DNA of 32,000 nt from Caedibacter taeniospiralis (GTDB taxonomy: Bacteria; Pseudomonadota; Gammaproteobacteria; Francisellales; Francisellaceae). The position numbers and the translations under genes are program-made. How positions within the stretch are numbered: the stretch's first letter is position 1; each line of letters begins with the position of its first letter. The stretch is taken from assembly GCF_002803295.2 (NCBI RefSeq), contig NZ_PGGB02000003.1, forward strand, positions 60,210 to 92,209, read 5' to 3'. Positions 30,060-32,000 of this stretch are shown in pieces. Under the pieces are notes generated by a model, which was given only the letters and a program-made list of their open reading frames with translations, searched no databases and was not told where the DNA came from.

Positions 30060-30656
30060 ATGTATCCAGTTGCATTAACAGGGGGTATTGGTAGTGGCAA
30101 AACGACGGTTGTAGAGATTTTTAAAACCCAACATGGGATTGATGTCATCTGCGCTGATCAATGCGCCAAAGAAGTTATTTTATTGCCTGAAGTTATAAGC
30201 GCTATTGTCAATCAATTTGGTGCGCCAATCCTTGATGATGGGGGTTTGATCGATCGACAAAAATTACGTTACATCATTAGCCAGGATTCATCGGCACGTC
30301 ATTGGTTAAATAAACTCATGCACCCCATCATTCGTCAGCAAATAGAAGAAAAGCTCAAGCAAAGCCACTCCATTTATACGATTATTGATATTCCACTGTT
30401 AACCCAGGAAAGCCTGGCTAATTACCCTTATCTTAAAAAAATCATTTGCGTCTGTGCTTTACTTGAGAGAAAACTCGCCCGAATTATACAACGTGATAAG
30501 CAAACGAAAGACGAAGCACTGGCATTGATTCAAAGCCAAATTAGCGACGATGAACGCCGAGGGTTTAGTGATTTTGTTATTGATAATAACGGGGATATCA
30601 AGGCACTTGTGCCGCAGATTACACAGATAGATCTGAAGATTAGAAAGGGTATCTAG
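30060..30656 (+). CDS. coaE: Dephospho-CoA kinase
   Basis: MYPVALTGGIGSGKTTVVEIF (P-loop), VICADQCAKEV, LNKLMHPIIRQQI, TIIDIPLLTQE, QRDKQTKDEALALIQSQISDDERRGFSDFVIDN. The ORF track starts at 30024; the internal Met at 30060 fits better. Confidence 0.92.
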   Translation: MYPVALTGGIGSGKTTVVEIFKTQHGIDVICADQCAKEVILLPEVISAIVNQFGAPILDDGGLIDRQKLRYIISQDSSARHWLNKLMHPIIRQQIEEKLKQSHSIYTIIDIPLLTQESLANYPYLKKIICVCALLERKLARIIQRDKQTKDEALALIQSQISDDERRGFSDFVIDNNGDIKALVPQITQIDLKIRKGI

Positions 30657-30665
30657 ACGGCCACA

Positions 30666-31115
30666 CTACATGACACCTAAATATCGCCTTTCCTCAGCCT
30701 GAGAAATATTTCGCCTAAATATCAGCCGCAATGAAGCGATGATTTTCTTTGGCTTTGTCAGCATTTCACTGATGGCTTTCGCGATAATATCAAGTCCTGC
30801 GCGCACAATGGAGCATTGGGCATATCCATGTTTTTTGGGTTTGAAAGCAAGAAGTTTTTTCGTGAGCGCGATATCCCCCTGGCGATAAGCCCAAATAAAG
30901 GCAATACTGGTCAGAAAAAACAAAGCAGATAGTCTGTCGTGGTCGTTAATATGCGTGCTTTCCAAGTTAAACCCGCGTTGTTTCATAGCGCTAAATAGCG
31001 TCTCTACTTGCCAGCGCATGCGATATAGCTCACAAACTGCCTCTTCACTAAAGTTAGATACCAGGATGAGCAGTTGACCATCCGCTAGCCGTTTACAAGC
31101 AATGGGCTTTGTTGA
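30666..31115 (-). pseudogene. C-terminal remnant of an IS4-family transposase
   Basis: Manual extension upstream of the listed ORF: KPIACKRLADGQLLILVSNFSEEAVCELYRMRWQVETLFSAMKQRGFNLESTHINDHDRLSALFFLTSIAFIWAYRQG...; Y-(2)-R-(3)-E-(6)-K-like motif (YRMRWQVETLFSAMK). 5' catalytic part absent. Confidence 0.82.
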
Positions 31116-31287
31116 TTAGCTTAAAATATAACCAATATTAAGTTTGAAAAGCAGCTTCACAAAAGAGAATTGACTTGTTTGTGAATATAATTGGCTTTAA
31201 AACACTCTGTTTTCTGAACATTTATCATGCTGCTGGGTAGTTACCAGTTTTTTTGAAAATTGGTCTGTCTGGACTCTTAACCCGCTA

Positions 31288-32000
31288 CTATTGCTCTAAT
31301 TTATTAATAAATGGAGAAATAAGCATAACTACTATTGCCAGAATTGCCGAGATTAAGCATATGTGTTTGAAAAAATTAAAGTATGTAGATATGCTCATCT
31401 CTTCAATAAAATTAGTCTCAATACCAGTAAAGATTGCGAGAACACCTGAGATATAACTAGCGAAAGCAATTGCTAACATAAAAACACCTATCATCAGACC
31501 CAATTGTCGAGCTGGCGAAATACACGTTATGGTAGACAGGGCAGTAGGCATCAGCAATAGTTCTCCAATTGTAAAAAATAAGTACGCAAATACTAACCAA
31601 ATCATAGATGTCCCCTGATTAGTAGTTAAATAAGAACCTAGCGCTAGCATACCGAAACCTATTGATAACATTAAAAGCGCAATACCAAATTTCATTGTGG
31701 TTGTTGGATTACAATTTTTATGCTTAAGGAATGCTAAAAATTTTACTAGCAAAGGCGATATTGTCATAATAAATAATGGATTTAATGATTTATACGCACC
31801 TGCAGGTATTTGATATGAAAACACCCAACGATCAACATGTCTGTCTGTGAATAGAATTACAGATGATCCCATCTGTTCAAAAAAAGAAAAGAAAAGCATA
31901 GTAATAAACATCAGTAAGAAAATATAAATAATAGTTTTGCGTTCTTGTGGTGCGAGATTTATTGATAAGTATACGAAATAACATAGCACTAACAACCCAA
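31288..32000 (-). CDS. POT/PTR2-family peptide:proton symporter (MFS), C-terminal part, extends beyond window
   Basis: Multi-TM protein with FFSFFEQMGSSVILFTDRHVDR...IPAGAYKSLNPLFIMTISPLL...FTIGELLLMPTALSTITCISPARQLGLMIGVFMLA, typical of POT C-terminal half. Confidence 0.85.
   Translation of the reverse strand, partial: GLLVLCYFVYLSINLAPQERKTIIYIFLLMFITMLFFSFFEQMGSSVILFTDRHVDRWVFSYQIPAGAYKSLNPLFIMTISPLLVKFLAFLKHKNCNPTTTMKFGIALLMLSIGFGMLALGSYLTTNQGTSMIWLVFAYLFFTIGELLLMPTALSTITCISPARQLGLMIGVFMLAIAFASYISGVLAIFTGIETNFIEEMSISTYFNFFKHICLISAILAIVVMLISPFINKLEQ

Overview
The window reads as a gammaproteobacterial chromosome segment; a Legionellales-like origin is an inference from gene content and sequence feel. 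Most of it is housekeeping genes. From left to right: the 3' part of an AMP-dependent ligase, a pabB-pabC fusion, pabA, alr, elbB(-), sthA, msrA(-), an atypical OmpR-type regulator, parE(-), a rhodanese protein, secB, an unusually long putA(-), cls, an EEP-family protein, an accessory or decayed island (18.5-23.8 kb), mutT(-), yqgE, ruvX, tRNA-Arg(CCT)(-), a TPP riboswitch with a PQ-loop membrane protein, a frameshifted CDF transporter, a Kef/CPA2 antiporter, pyrB(-), coaE, an IS4-like transposase remnant and a partial POT-family transporter. No CRISPR array, phage or defence system is visible. The strongest unusual signals are four. (1) A single ORF fuses an N-terminal SdhE-like FAD-assembly-factor domain (RGMxE motif) to full-length PutA. 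(2) A TPP riboswitch sits immediately upstream of a 7-TM PQ-loop protein, a candidate thiamine or thiamine-precursor transporter. (3) A response regulator has a degenerate receiver that lacks the catalytic Lys. (4) An accessory island carries transposase relics, a secreted repeat protein, an RMF-like-motif protein and a trpF stub. A family of CTGGAGTTAC-initiated hairpin repeats and one MITE-like palindrome are also present.
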